Source: Diplonema japonicum (Eukaryota > Protista > Euglenozoa: Diplonemea). From it: 64,000 nucleotides of DNA. Shown here in pieces: positions 39,891 to 50,938 of the stretch; position 1 is the first letter of the stretch; every line of letters begins with the position of its first letter. The translations under genes were made by a program, and so were the position numbers. The stretch spans positions 62,001-126,000 of the forward strand of contig OZ025760.1 in NCBI GenBank assembly GCA_964019335.1, in the 5' to 3' direction. The notes below the pieces were generated by a model. It was not told where the DNA came from. It searched no databases and was given only the letters and a program-made list of their open reading frames with translations.

Positions 39891-39900
39891 GGGCATCAAA

Positions 39901-41118
39901 TCAAACCCCGTCCCGTGAAGAAGTGATGAAAAACTCGCTATAAGTCCTATTAATGGAAGGGGGGAGGCGTGCGCGGCTAGTCTGGACGAACTCCTTGTCG
40001 GAAACCAAGTCCACATACAGCGTCAGGAAGCACACAGGCAGGAACGAAGCCAGAAGCTGCGGGTCCTTACCGAGATACGTGGAGAACTCGTCCAGGTCTA
40101 AATGCTGTTTTGTGGCGTGGAAAGGCGGCGCACCTGTACTGTCCTTGGACTTCGACTTTTTCGCGAGAAGAGCGGCTCGCTCCTCGTCGGCCTTCTTAAT
40201 CTGCGAAAATATCTGCAAGAACACCTTGACTTGGTAAGGAGTGTACCCTTGATGCCGTTGTGCGACGCCGTCTTGCCATCGGACCGCCTTCCATGCTCTG
40301 AGCTTGTCCAGATGGATGAAGCCCCGCCTGTCGTGGTCGTACAAGGAGAAGCATTGCTTCTCAAACTTTTCCCGTCCGGTCCCGTTCACCATCTTCGTGA
40401 TCATTGCCATCATCTCGCTGAACAGAACGAACTCAACATTGTCGTCTATAATGTGTGGACAGGAAAGCCGTTCTAACTGACTCCGTGTGGGGGTGTAATT
40501 GAACACTGCCATTATCTTCTCCATTTGCAGGGTGTGCACATTACGCAACGGGGATATCACATCCATCTGCATCAAACAAGCTTCCAGTTTATTCCGGAAA
40601 ATGACGCCAGATCCATCGCTTGAGCAGCTTCCCAACGCGGCAGCTACTATGTATAGGTTCGTGTTCTTGTACTTGCTTATTTCTTCAGATAGCCAGCTTG
40701 ATCTTGTCTGGATTGCCTCCATTTTGTCTAAAAAAGCGGGTGAACCCGGAATCAAACCGGTGTCCCATTGCCGTCTGTGAACCGGCCGCCCGCCTGGAAA
40801 CCAAGCGCAAAACAGTTCCGGTTCCCGTACGCAGTCTGAAAAACTGTAGGATGACACCAGGTCCGCTTCTTTCTTCTTTATTCCGGAATACGCTACCACG
40901 TTCTCACCCTGCTTGGATATCAGTACCTTGCTGTACCGGCCTTGAACGTTTATCGTGTCGCCGGGTTCGATGCTCTGGCAGGTTCTTTTTTCATTCAACA
41001 CCTTGACCCTTCTACGGTGGGACAGGTTCGAGGCTGTGTACTCGCATCCGATTAGTTTATCGAAGGACAGCTTCGGCTCGTAGGTGAGGTTGCCTGTGTG
41101 TTTGATCCTGGGGAGCAT
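39901..41118 (-). CDS. EF-hand calcium-binding protein
   Basis: CFSLYDHDRRGFIHLDKL EF-hand. Start set at MLPRIK; the upstream ORF extension is homopolymer. Confidence 0.7.
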   Translation of the reverse strand: MLPRIKHTGNLTYEPKLSFDKLIGCEYTASNLSHRRRVKVLNEKRTCQSIEPGDTINVQGRYSKVLISKQGENVVAYSGIKKKEADLVSSYSFSDCVREPELFCAWFPGGRPVHRRQWDTGLIPGSPAFLDKMEAIQTRSSWLSEEISKYKNTNLYIVAAALGSCSSDGSGVIFRNKLEACLMQMDVISPLRNVHTLQMEKIMAVFNYTPTRSQLERLSCPHIIDDNVEFVLFSEMMAMITKMVNGTGREKFEKQCFSLYDHDRRGFIHLDKLRAWKAVRWQDGVAQRHQGYTPYQVKVFLQIFSQIKKADEERAALLAKKSKSKDSTGAPPFHATKQHLDLDEFSTYLGKDPQLLASFLPVCFLTLYVDLVSDKEFVQTSRARLPPSINRTYSEFFITSSRDGV

Positions 41119-41229
41119 CTTTTCTTTTTCTTTACAACTCGCCTCCCCACTTTTTTTTTTTTTTTTTTCTTTTTTTTCTTTTTCACGATGCAAAAATGGA
41201 ATAGGAGAAAAAAAAAATATGTATGTCGC

Positions 41230-41272
<43 letters not shown>

Positions 41273-41426
41273 TGGGATGGTGTTATAAAGACAGCAAAAG
41301 AACGACAAAAAAAGGGGGGGGGAACACTTTTTTTTCTTTTTTTTTTCTCTCCCCCCCCCCCCCACTTTATGCCCACCCCCCCCAAAAAAAATGTTTCCCC
41401 CTTTTTCTTTATACAGAATACCGAAC

Positions 41427-41480
<54 letters not shown>

Positions 41481-41482
<2 letters not shown>

Positions 41483-42386
41483 AAATCCAATTCTCGGCTA
41501 TCTGTGTCGCGTAGTAAGTGAGGATGAGCTCCGCACCGGCACGTCGGAACGCGTTCATGGTACTGAGAACTTCTTCCTCCTCATCAACTTCACCCGCCTC
41601 TACCGCGGCTTTAATCATAGCGTATTCACCAGAAACGTGATAGACCGCCAGGGGCAAAGGGAGGGGTCTAAGCGAGGCAAGAACATCAAGGTAAGGTAAG
41701 CCCGGTTTCACCATTAGAAAATCAGCGCCTTCTTGTACATCGTGGTGGCATTCAAGGAGGGCTTCCTTGGCGTTTGCGAAATTCATTTGGTAGGTCTTTT
41801 TGTCAGTTCCGGGGGTGGGCGCAGATCCGAGCGCGTCTCGAAAAGGTCCGTAGAACGCGGAAGCGTACTTGGCAGCGTACGACATAACTACAGCGTGGGG
41901 GATGGCTTTTTTGATGGCAGCAACACGGCCGTCCATCATATCGGAAGGAGCGACAACATCGGATCCAGCTTGGATCTGGCAGATGGATTGTTTTACAAGA
42001 GCTTCGACTGTGGCGTCGTTATCTACTTTTCCATTGAGGACGATCCCGTCCTGGCCTGATGAGCTGTATGGATCGAGAGCAACGTCGGTGATTATCTTTA
42101 ACCCGCCTTTTCCCACTACTTGGTCGATCTCACGCACTACACGTGGGATCAGTCCGTCTGGGTTCCATGCTTCTTCGCCGTGGTTCGACTTCAGGTTGTC
42201 CGCTACTTTTGGGAACAGCGCGACGCCCCACAGTCCCGCGTCCCTTGCCCGTTCAACCTCCTTCAACACGGAGTCGAACGTGTGTCGGGTCTGCCCGGGC
42301 ATCGACGAGATCATCTGATTCGCAGCACCATCATGGACGAACAACGGCTGGACCAGGTTCTTCTGAGACAGTACCGCCCGACGCAT
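41481..42386 (-). CDS. hemB: Porphobilinogen synthase (ALA dehydratase), Asp-rich non-zinc type
   Basis: DVALDPYSSSGQDG, APSDMMDGRV, YAAKYASAFYGPFRDA, KTYQM, MVKPG and YHVSGEYAMI; both Schiff-base lysines are present. Confidence 0.96.
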
Positions 42387-42492
42387 TTATTATTATTTTT
42401 TTTTTTGTGTCGTTTTCTTAGGTAGAGGCAGTGGCGTGACGTCAAGGGAAGAAGAAAAAAAAAGAGAGGGAGGGTGGGGGGAAAGTATCAAC

Positions 42493-42539
<47 letters not shown>

Positions 42540-42909
42540 CACCATTTACACCCAAGCCACTATGGCAGGCGGACATTAAGGGAGGGAGGTGGATACTGGC
42601 GGATTTTATTTTTATTTTTTTTTTTAAAAGTGGAAATATGGTAGATTTTTGGGATATTCTTATCCGCCAACGGACACCCGAGGGGGTTATTAACCTTAAA
42701 AAAAAGTGATGCAAAGAAAAAAAGAATTTTTTTTTGCAATATATTTTTTTCGAATTTGTGGGGAGGACAGTCACCATATTCTACACAGGCCCCTGACGGA
42801 TACTAGAAAAAGCAACGGATTTTTCCCACCTGCCATAGTGGCCTTGGGTGTATTTTTTTTTTTTCCCTCTTTTTTTTCGCACACTTTTTTTTTCCTCCCG
42901 TCTTTTTTT

Positions 42910-43539
42910 TTACAACGCTTTAGCCGCCTCAACCGCGAACGGGGTCAGCACCGCTGTCGCCCCGGCTCTTTTGTATCCGATCAGCGTCTCCATGACGATC
43001 TGTTCCCTGTTGAGCCATCCTTTCTTTGCAGCTTCTGTTATCATGGCGATGTCTGCGTGTGGCTGGACAGCTATGGTAGGGGTGTTAGAGGATTCCGTGT
43101 GGGAAAGGATCAAGTCCAGGGATTTGAACCCGGATGTGGAGTAGCAGATGTCTGCTTGAGGCGTGGAAGTGACTGTAAGGTTTGGTGAAGCAAGGATGGT
43201 GTCCGGGAGGACCATTCGGCGGGCAGCGTTCAGTAGTTCATCTGAAGGCATTAATATTACATCTGATCCTGCTTGTGACAGTTCTATGGCTTCCTCTACA
43301 CTCGATCCGTTCACAAACACCGCAAGGTCTCCCGCGTCCTTTTTAACATCTTTCACCCACTCCGGGCTCGCGTTCAAACACGCCACGCCTTTTACCCCCG
43401 CGTCCACCACTTCCCCAACTCCACCTTCTTTCATCATCAATTGCACCAAATCCCCTTTCCCAAGCCTCACCTCCTGAAATATTTCCCTCAGGGCCCCGCT
43501 TGCTCTAAGCCTTCTTAGTCTTATCATGGGGAAACTCAT
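42910..43539 (-). CDS. Degenerate porphobilinogen synthase paralogue, predicted catalytically inactive
   Basis: Intact 209-aa ORF retaining RLRRLR..LRE..QEVRL and AMI..AAKKGWL...METLIGYKRAGA. Lacks the metal loop and both catalytic lysines. Confidence 0.8.
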   Translation of the reverse strand: MSFPMIRLRRLRASGALREIFQEVRLGKGDLVQLMMKEGGVGEVVDAGVKGVACLNASPEWVKDVKKDAGDLAVFVNGSSVEEAIELSQAGSDVILMPSDELLNAARRMVLPDTILASPNLTVTSTPQADICYSTSGFKSLDLILSHTESSNTPTIAVQPHADIAMITEAAKKGWLNREQIVMETLIGYKRAGATAVLTPFAVEAAKAL

Positions 43540-43546
43540 TTTTTTT

Positions 43547-43577
<31 letters not shown>

Positions 43578-44027
43578 TGTGCTCCGTGCTGGAAAATTTG
43601 TTTTTTTTTATGATCGAGAAACGAGTAGTTGGGGTAGTTGGGAGGGGTAGGAGTTGTTTTTTTTCTTTTTTTTTTTTTTTCCTCTTTTTTTTTCTTTTTT
43701 TTTTTTCTTTACCGTAGGAGAATTAGGGGAGCAGGATAGTAGGAAGACAATAAAGGGGAGGGGAGTTAGGGGTGCGGGTGAAAAAGAAAGACCAAAAAAA
43801 AAAAAGAAAGTCCCCCGGAAGAAAAAAAAAAAAAAAAAAGAAAAAGAAAGAAAAAAAAGAAGAAAAACATTGCTTTGACATTATTATTTTTTTTTTAAAA
43901 GCAAATATAACTTTCCGGAAATTCGAGGACTAAAAAGGAAAGAGAAAAGGAAAACAGGGGGGAGGTGCCAACCTTACGGGAACATAAAGAAAAAGAAGAC
44001 GGAACAGTGGCATAAAAAAAAAGAAGG

Positions 44028-44058
<31 letters not shown>

Positions 44059-44174
44059 GTGGTCGAAAGATGAAATGAAAAAAAAGGGGAGAAGAAAAGG
44101 GTAGGCAGGAAGAAGACAGGGATAAAAAAAAAGTGGGGAAAAAAAAAGTTAGTGTATCAAAGACGAAGAGAAAC

Positions 44175-44227
<53 letters not shown>

Positions 44228-44370
44228 AAAAAAACTGTTAGATCGCTCATCTCTTCTGTAAGAAGGAAGTCACTTCATTTTATTTTCGTTCTTTTTTTTT
44301 TCCTTTATGAGACAAATAAGTTTTAACTTTCCCTCTCCTCTTTCACTTCCCCCCCCCCCCCCCCCCTTTC

Positions 44371-45015
44371 TTAAATTTTATTGGTGGCCCAGAGAATGAT
44401 AATAGCAAGCGCAAGAACGGAGAAGAACAAAAGCCAGCATTTCAATTTTCGTGATTTCTTAGCACTGGTGTTTGCCATGGACAGCTGTTCTTGTCCGGCT
44501 TCGACGTGGTCAGCTCCGCGCGAGACATTTGTGTCAACTTCATCGATCATCTCACCTTGGTTGTTGACCATTCTGTCAAGCTCGTTGGCAATGTCGTAGA
44601 TTTCCACCACTGTGCTCTCGATTTCTTTGATTTCCTCCTCTCGTTCTGCGACGAGTAGTGCGTTCCAGTCCACCAGTTGAGCTCTTTCCTGCATTCTCTG
44701 GAGCAGCGCCTCATCCTCTTCCCCTTCCTCTTCTTCGTGCATATTGGCCTCTCTCTCCGCGTTGTGGATCTGCCGTTGCCGGTTCGCGTTCTCCTTGCAG
44801 ATATCCCGATACTCATGCACCACTTCCGCGACCTTCCTTTCGTACTGCTTCAACACTGTACCTTCCGTGCCTTTGTCGTCCGCGCTCACATTTCTTTTCA
44901 ACCTTCTTAGATCCGCTGATGCCTGCGCCACGCTCTCCTTCGCGGTTGTGAGGGATTTTTTCAGCTTTTCCCTCAAAGCCTCCCCGTCGCTGCCCGTCCC
45001 AAGCTTTCCAACTGT

Positions 45016-45086
<71 letters not shown>

Positions 45087-45367
45087 TAATTTGTGAGAGG
45101 GGGAAATAAAAATATACCAGATCTCTGCAGAGTTTGCGTATTCCTCTGCAATTCTCTAATGCTCTCCTCTAGTGTCTCTCTTGCAGCTTGGAACGATGCG
45201 CTTAATCCGCTGTGGGGTGGGTTTGTTTGTTGTTGTTGTTGTTGTTGTTGTTTTTTTTTTTTTTTTTTTTCCTTTCTTTTTTCTCCTGCATACCTAGAAA
45301 TAATCTCCAGTTCTGCATCTCCAATCGCACCGCTACCTCTGCTTGCGCTTCTTTTGTTATACGCCAT
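44371..45367 (-). CDS. Syntaxin (Qa-SNARE, STX7/Pep12-like), 3 exons
   Basis: SNARE motif EREEEIKEIE...MVNNQGEMIDEVDTNV and C-terminal TM. Introns 45210-45293 and 45012-45117 join the frames. Confidence 0.9.
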
Positions 45368-45531
45368 TTTTTTTTTCTCTTTTTTTTTTTTCCTCTCCCC
45401 TCCCTTTTTTCTCTTTTTTTCCTTTTCCTTTTCCCACCCGTCGATAGGGCCAACTTTTAGGTCTGGTAAAAAAAAAAAAAAGAAAAAAAAAAAAAAAAAG
45501 AGAAAGCATGGAAAAAAAAAATGTCGAATAT

Positions 45532-45966
45532 CTAAACAGTGGTTGGCCCAAATAGAATTTCTGCTATGTTGTCCAAAGACGAAAAAACGTCGGGAGTGAA
45601 CCCAGAGGGGTCGATGAGGTGGAGGTCGGTGGGCTGTGGGTAGGTGACACTGAAAACAAGGAGCGTGTTTTGAGTCAGCGTGCAGACAGAGGTGATGGAC
45701 GAAGGCGTCTTGATGTGCGCCACGCTATGTGCAGGTGCAGGATCTGCGTTGTTCCCGAAATCAGTCGCTGTTGCAAAATAGTCCAAATACACTTTTGGGT
45801 CAACTTTTGTGTCATCCAACGCATACAAAACCACACCCTGCGTGTCCATCACAATCGCACTTGATAGCTTTCCAAGCATATAAACCTTCTCAACTTTATC
45901 AACTTCTTTCTGTATTTTCATGCGTTGCTCTCCGCTTGCTGCGTCTCCTGACACGCAGCATCCCAT
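45532..45966 (-). CDS. Small dually acylated hypothetical protein (144 aa)
   Basis: MGCCVS myristoylation/palmitoylation start; alpha/beta pattern reminiscent of roadblock/profilin folds (weak). Confidence 0.65.
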   Translation of the reverse strand: MGCCVSGDAASGEQRMKIQKEVDKVEKVYMLGKLSSAIVMDTQGVVLYALDDTKVDPKVYLDYFATATDFGNNADPAPAHSVAHIKTPSSITSVCTLTQNTLLVFSVTYPQPTDLHLIDPSGFTPDVFSSLDNIAEILFGPTTV

Positions 45967-46407
45967 ATCCTCCCTGAAGTAAAAAGGTTTTGGATTGGTT
46001 TCTCTTGGTTGGAAGCAGTAGTGGCGAAAACAGTGAGAACGACCGCGTTGGGAGAGGTTTGGGAGGAGCGAGCAGTAGGGGCACAGAGAGAGACTGAGTT
46101 CCTCTTTCAAAACCGCATAAAATATCCCGGCAAAAAGAAAAAAGAAAAAAAAAGAAAAAGAACGTACAACAGAACTGGGTTAGGAACTGGACGTGTTGTT
46201 GGAGGGAAGGAGCCCCTGCTAGAAAAAAAACTTGATACAATTTCAGTGCGCAGGGGGGTGCTCTGTTCAGGAAGAAATTCTCTCTAAAAAAGAAAACCTA
46301 AAGATTTTTCAACAAATTTTTATAACATGCTTGACCACAAGAAAAGAAAAATTGGAGAGAGCTATTTCCTCTTATTATCAAATACATCACCGGGGCGGCG
46401 ATCGACA

Positions 46408-46480
46408 TCCCCCTTGGCGCAGTCGGTAGCGCGTCAGGCTGTTAACCTGCAGGTCGTTGGTTCGAACCCAACAGGGGGAG
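46408..46480 (+). tRNA. tRNA-Asn(GTT)
   Basis: TCCCCCT/AGGGGGA acceptor stem, CT-GTT-AA loop, GGTTCGAACCC and T9 terminator. Confidence 0.95.
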
Positions 46481-46499
46481 TTTTTTTTTGACCACCTAC

Positions 46500-48554
46500 T
46501 CAGAGGGGGTAGGATCGAAATGCAACATCTAAAGTGTCGTTATTCTCAACAAGCACCCTTGTAAAGGGTTGCTGCTCCTCCAGGGAGCACCAAGTCACTC
46601 CAACTTTGACTTGCTTTTGGGAGTTCTCAAGGAGTTTGTTACACCGCCTTTCCAACTTGAAGCAGAGTTCGATAATTTCGTTTTCGTCCAGCATGGCAAA
46701 CACATCATGTAACACATGGAAATCCTTGCTCACATTCCGTTCCAGCCCATACAGCAAACGCACAGTTTCTACACCCTTCACTATCCCTCCAAACGCCTTC
46801 AGCTCGCTGTACACGCTGTGGTCCCATGTTGATCTCTTTAAGAAGCCGTCGACCGCGTTCTCCGTCGTTCCATGAGACAGTGGGACGTTGGGGTCGCACC
46901 CAGCTCTCAGCAGGTACAGGATGTAGTTGTAGCTGCCTGTCCTAGCGGCGTGACCCAAGGCAGTACTGCCTTCCGAGCATTTGTCTGATAACATTGCGGA
47001 ACACTTATCGATGAGGCTGACCGGGACTTCATTGTACCGCATCCCTGCATGCATGAGAATGTTTCTCTTGAGGTCGTCCGTCTCAAATAAGCTTGTTCCA
47101 GTTAAGTCAGACAGCTCTTGGTGGATGTTGGCTCCATACTTCGCGCTGATGTGGATGAGGTTAACACCTTGTGGGTAGGGTGTGGAATCTGGGCAAGTTT
47201 TCAGAAGGTATTTAACCACTGCGAGGTGTCCTGCCGCGACGGCTGCGCTCACTGCGTTGAAGCCCTGAGGCGTGCGGAGCAAGTGGTCGGCACCGCAGTC
47301 TTCTACGAGGTACTTTACGATGTCCAGATTTCCGTGCTTGCTGGCGGCGATGAGTGCGGTTGTGCCGTATCTTCGTGGGGCCACATGGTTCACTTCAGCG
47401 CCTTGCTGGACAAGGTACTCGACAAGGCTGTGTTCTCCATGTCGGCATGCTGCAACAAGCGGTGTTCCTTGCCCTTTGTAGTTCACATCTCCACCGCCCT
47501 TCACCAGCGACTCCGCAGTGGCAACGTCTCTGCAATGAAGTAGACAGACGCTTGGGTCCCCACCAATCTCTATCAAAGCATCCACGACTTCTACCAAACC
47601 GGCTTCCGACGCGCTCTTCAAGTGCCTTGTTGCCCTCCTCGCGGACTTCCCCATCTTGCTGTGCATGTTTTTTAAGACGCCAGCAACTTTCCCGTCGAGG
47701 TGACGGTGCCTCGATTTCAGCAACATTGGGACAGCAAAGCGGCTCACACCGATATCGTGTTGAAGCATGAGCTCTGCTGCGGCAGGGTCTGACAGGAGTA
47801 ATGCTTGAGCCACGCATCCCATGGGGACAGGGACTTTGCCCTTCATGTAAGAAAGCAAGCAACGCAGCTTTGATAAGTCCTCAGTCGTCATCAGGTACGT
47901 AATGGTTCGGTAAAGTCTTTTAGGAGGACGGCCAAACAGGACACCATAGTCTGCACACAGTTTGTACAACAGCTCCCAGTTTGCTGAGTTGATGGAAATG
48001 CAAGGTTCGAATCTGTTCGGCAGGGCGGTTCTGCCATTCTCGAAGAAGTGGGCCGCGACGTCGTAGTACCCTCGCTTCAAGGCCATCCCGAGGGCAGCAG
48101 GATCGAAGTGTTTGAAAGGTGGCTTCGTTGGGACGGTCAGCATGGCAAGTGCAGTTAAGGGGGAACCACTCTCAAGAGCGACCATGACAAAAGGCTTGAA
48201 CACACAACAATCCGCTTCAATATAATCCCTAGCAATCGCTGCAGAGCCGTACTTAATGGCATGATAAAACCCCACGTGAGACAAATCGACCTTGAGACTA
48301 CAAAGTCGGGTAAGAGCCATTGCTTTCGCGTCCCCTTGCACTGTGACGGTGTCTCCCTGTGTCATCCCAAGGCTTTCCAGAGAAACGCTTTTTTCCGCCT
48401 CCCCGTACTTCTCCTCTCCAATCATCAAGATAGCAGCCTTCGCGGGGCATCCTATGATTTCCGCTGCTGCGGTCTTCAAATCTTCCACACGCCACGTGGG
48501 TTCGATCTCTACCACGTGTGATACATTCCCCGGACACTTCAGCTCGACTTCCAT
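46500..48554 (-). CDS. Ubiquitin-like domain plus ankyrin-repeat protein
   Basis: N-terminal Ubl (WRVEDLK...LESLGMTQGDTV); ankyrins TPLVAAC, TALIAAS and TALGHAA. Confidence 0.87.
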   Translation of the reverse strand: MEVELKCPGNVSHVVEIEPTWRVEDLKTAAAEIIGCPAKAAILMIGEEKYGEAEKSVSLESLGMTQGDTVTVQGDAKAMALTRLCSLKVDLSHVGFYHAIKYGSAAIARDYIEADCCVFKPFVMVALESGSPLTALAMLTVPTKPPFKHFDPAALGMALKRGYYDVAAHFFENGRTALPNRFEPCISINSANWELLYKLCADYGVLFGRPPKRLYRTITYLMTTEDLSKLRCLLSYMKGKVPVPMGCVAQALLLSDPAAAELMLQHDIGVSRFAVPMLLKSRHRHLDGKVAGVLKNMHSKMGKSARRATRHLKSASEAGLVEVVDALIEIGGDPSVCLLHCRDVATAESLVKGGGDVNYKGQGTPLVAACRHGEHSLVEYLVQQGAEVNHVAPRRYGTTALIAASKHGNLDIVKYLVEDCGADHLLRTPQGFNAVSAAVAAGHLAVVKYLLKTCPDSTPYPQGVNLIHISAKYGANIHQELSDLTGTSLFETDDLKRNILMHAGMRYNEVPVSLIDKCSAMLSDKCSEGSTALGHAARTGSYNYILYLLRAGCDPNVPLSHGTTENAVDGFLKRSTWDHSVYSELKAFGGIVKGVETVRLLYGLERNVSKDFHVLHDVFAMLDENEIIELCFKLERRCNKLLENSQKQVKVGVTWCSLEEQQPFTRVLVENNDTLDVAFRSYPL

Positions 48555-48769
48555 CTTTTTGGAACTGTCAAATACAGTTGAGGGGAAGGAGAAAAAAAAA
48601 AAGAGAGAGAGGGGGGGGTGCGAGGGAATGGGAAGAGGTAGCTTCTTTTTCGTATGTTAAAAATTCCGAATGACGAGAGCCGACGAAGAAAAGAAGAAAG
48701 AAGAAAAAAAGAAAAAAAAAAAGTTTGTAAAAACATTTTCTTTTTCTCTTCCCCTCGTTTCTTTCTTCA

Positions 48770-50446
48770 TCAGTAAAAGCTCCTTCGAGAGGGGTGAATG
48801 GAAGCCGCGGACTTTGGGCGTGTGGGGACGGAGGGCTTGAGCGACTTAGACCGGGAAGGCTCCGGCCGGAACCCAAGCGGGTTGTTAGTGGTGAACCAGG
48901 TACCAGAGTGGGGGTGTTCAAGTGGCACAGCGGCAGCGAGGCTGGAAGAAGGCCGGGAGAAGCTTGAAGAAGGTCTGATAGACGGAGCCGAACCGGGACG
49001 ATTTCGCTTCACGGCAGGAGAAGGAGAAAGAGCTGGAGACGGCGCACGGTTGTACTGAAGCCACCATGACCTGCCATCGGAGTGAATGACCTCGCCTGAA
49101 TCATCCCTGACGTTGTTCACAGCTGAAATCATCGCTGCTTCAACCTCCTCCTTCTCACAGCGGTCTCTGTGGTTCAGTACTCTCTCGGCGTCCCGCAGCT
49201 TAAGGTACACGCTGTACCATTTGTTGTTGATCAGCGTGAATTCCCTTTCTTCATGGCATACGAGTTCTTTGCGTTTCAACCGCTCTACAAGCACAGCTGT
49301 GTTGTATGTTTGATCGGGTCGGGTGTCTTTGAACTCGCAGAAGAGCTTTCCCCACGATACACGTTCGAGCTTTGTTGCCACGTTTCGCTGAACGGACTCT
49401 TTGTTCTGCAGAATAAGCGGCTTCACCGCGGTTCGGTACATCAAAGCCACTTGATTCCTGCAACACCCTTCGAGCCTTGTCACCAGGCTGAACTTGTATT
49501 TCCGGAGGAGTTTGCAGTGCGAGGAGAGCAGGGTTTTCGAGAATATCCAAACACCCTGTGTCGAAAAATTTTGAAAATTCTCGAGGTGCGCCAGTTTCGA
49601 CTGCTTGGAGAGAATGAGCGAAAAGTCAACGCACGCAGATCTGAACACAACCGATGTTCTCTTCACCCATTTCAAAGAGAGCTCCTCCCGCATTGCAGCC
49701 TCTGTCGCCAATGCGTCTTCGATAGTTCTCAGCGACACTGTTTCAGCCACGATTCGGTGTGTTCGTCTAAGGTTTGCAAGGACAGACTGACACTCTGATG
49801 CTATTGTGTACCTTTCTGTTGATTCCACTACCATGAATTGAAGCAAGCGTCTGTGCTGGTGTTCTTGAACCTGGAGGAGCAAGAACAAGCGGGTTCGCAG
49901 GGCTTGGAGGTGCCACGTTTGGTAATGAAAAAACATGTACGCTCTTCTCGAACCCTCATCGGTGATGAGCCTTCTGGTGTAGAGGGCTCTCTTGGCCTCG
50001 TAGAACTTCATCCCGCAGATTTTTCGTTTCATCATTTCCTCGAGCTTGACCATGCCGCGGTCCCGAGCTCGCATGAGCTGGACTCTGTTATACCGTTCCT
50101 TTTTCACGACGGGTTGGATTGCGAGGACTAGTTTTGAATAGGCTGGGATTGGTATGGTAGATATTTTTTCCAGCCCTGTGGTTTTGAAGGCTAGCTTCCC
50201 GCGCCCTGCAACTTGCGGAATAGGTTCGTCTTCCTCAATTCGAACCTGCACCCTTGGTCGCTCGTGGTTGTTATGCACTCTATGAAAATCCTTGAAATCT
50301 TTCGTTTTTAAACAACACTCGTCCGCTGCCTTTGAAAACGCGATGTTCATGGGGTTGATCAGAAGCGCCTTGTGCGTGTTTAAATACTTGGATGCCATCC
50401 TTCCACTGCCGCCCACTGTCGTTCGTTTTTTATGTACAATGTTCAT
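48770..50446 (-). CDS. Hypothetical helical protein with Ser/Pro-rich tail (558 aa)
   Basis: Long ORF preceded by a poly(A) leader; no recognised motif. Confidence 0.78.
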   Translation of the reverse strand: MNIVHKKRTTVGGSGRMASKYLNTHKALLINPMNIAFSKAADECCLKTKDFKDFHRVHNNHERPRVQVRIEEDEPIPQVAGRGKLAFKTTGLEKISTIPIPAYSKLVLAIQPVVKKERYNRVQLMRARDRGMVKLEEMMKRKICGMKFYEAKRALYTRRLITDEGSRRAYMFFHYQTWHLQALRTRLFLLLQVQEHQHRRLLQFMVVESTERYTIASECQSVLANLRRTHRIVAETVSLRTIEDALATEAAMREELSLKWVKRTSVVFRSACVDFSLILSKQSKLAHLENFQNFSTQGVWIFSKTLLSSHCKLLRKYKFSLVTRLEGCCRNQVALMYRTAVKPLILQNKESVQRNVATKLERVSWGKLFCEFKDTRPDQTYNTAVLVERLKRKELVCHEEREFTLINNKWYSVYLKLRDAERVLNHRDRCEKEEVEAAMISAVNNVRDDSGEVIHSDGRSWWLQYNRAPSPALSPSPAVKRNRPGSAPSIRPSSSFSRPSSSLAAAVPLEHPHSGTWFTTNNPLGFRPEPSRSKSLKPSVPTRPKSAASIHPSRRSFY

Positions 50447-50938
50447 TTTTTTTTTTCCCCCCTCTCCCTGTAAAAAATGATTTTTTGAGGAAAAAAAAAA
50501 AAAAAAAAAAAAAAAAAACGGGGAAAGCAGAAGAAATAAGCAGGAAGGATATCACAAGGAGGGGGAAAAAAAAAATGAAGCGTGTGTGCTTGTGTATAGG
50601 TGCAGGCCAACTATTAAGAGGAGAAAGAGGAGGGGAGAGAGAGAGAAAAAAAAATTAAGGTCCTTTTTCAACTATGTGTTAACATAGCATCAGGGGGGGG
50701 GGGGGGGGGGGGGGGGGGAGGGGGGAGAAAAAAAAAGCAAGAAAAGAAAAGCAAAAGAAAACTCGACATTTTAAGGTTTTGCGCTTTCGCGCTCACCTGC
50801 TCGTCTTCCAGTTTCTTTAAAATCACTATGAATAGGGAAGAGCGTGATAGCAACAATTCTCCACCAAGAGGAAAGAACCTATTGCATTGCTAACAGATGT
50901 CACTGACAAATATACTATCGTTATTAACTCTCTCTTTA

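Noticed and set aside
46140-46400. Possible snRNA or 7SL gene divergent from tRNA-Asn, as in trypanosomes
   Set aside because: No recognisable U-snRNA or SRP motifs.
35470-50725. Long G-runs (e.g. ~35471-35493, ~50693-50725) as G-quadruplex elements
   Set aside because: Part of the general homopolymer richness (C-tracts on the sense strand); lengths are unreliable and there is no specific pattern.
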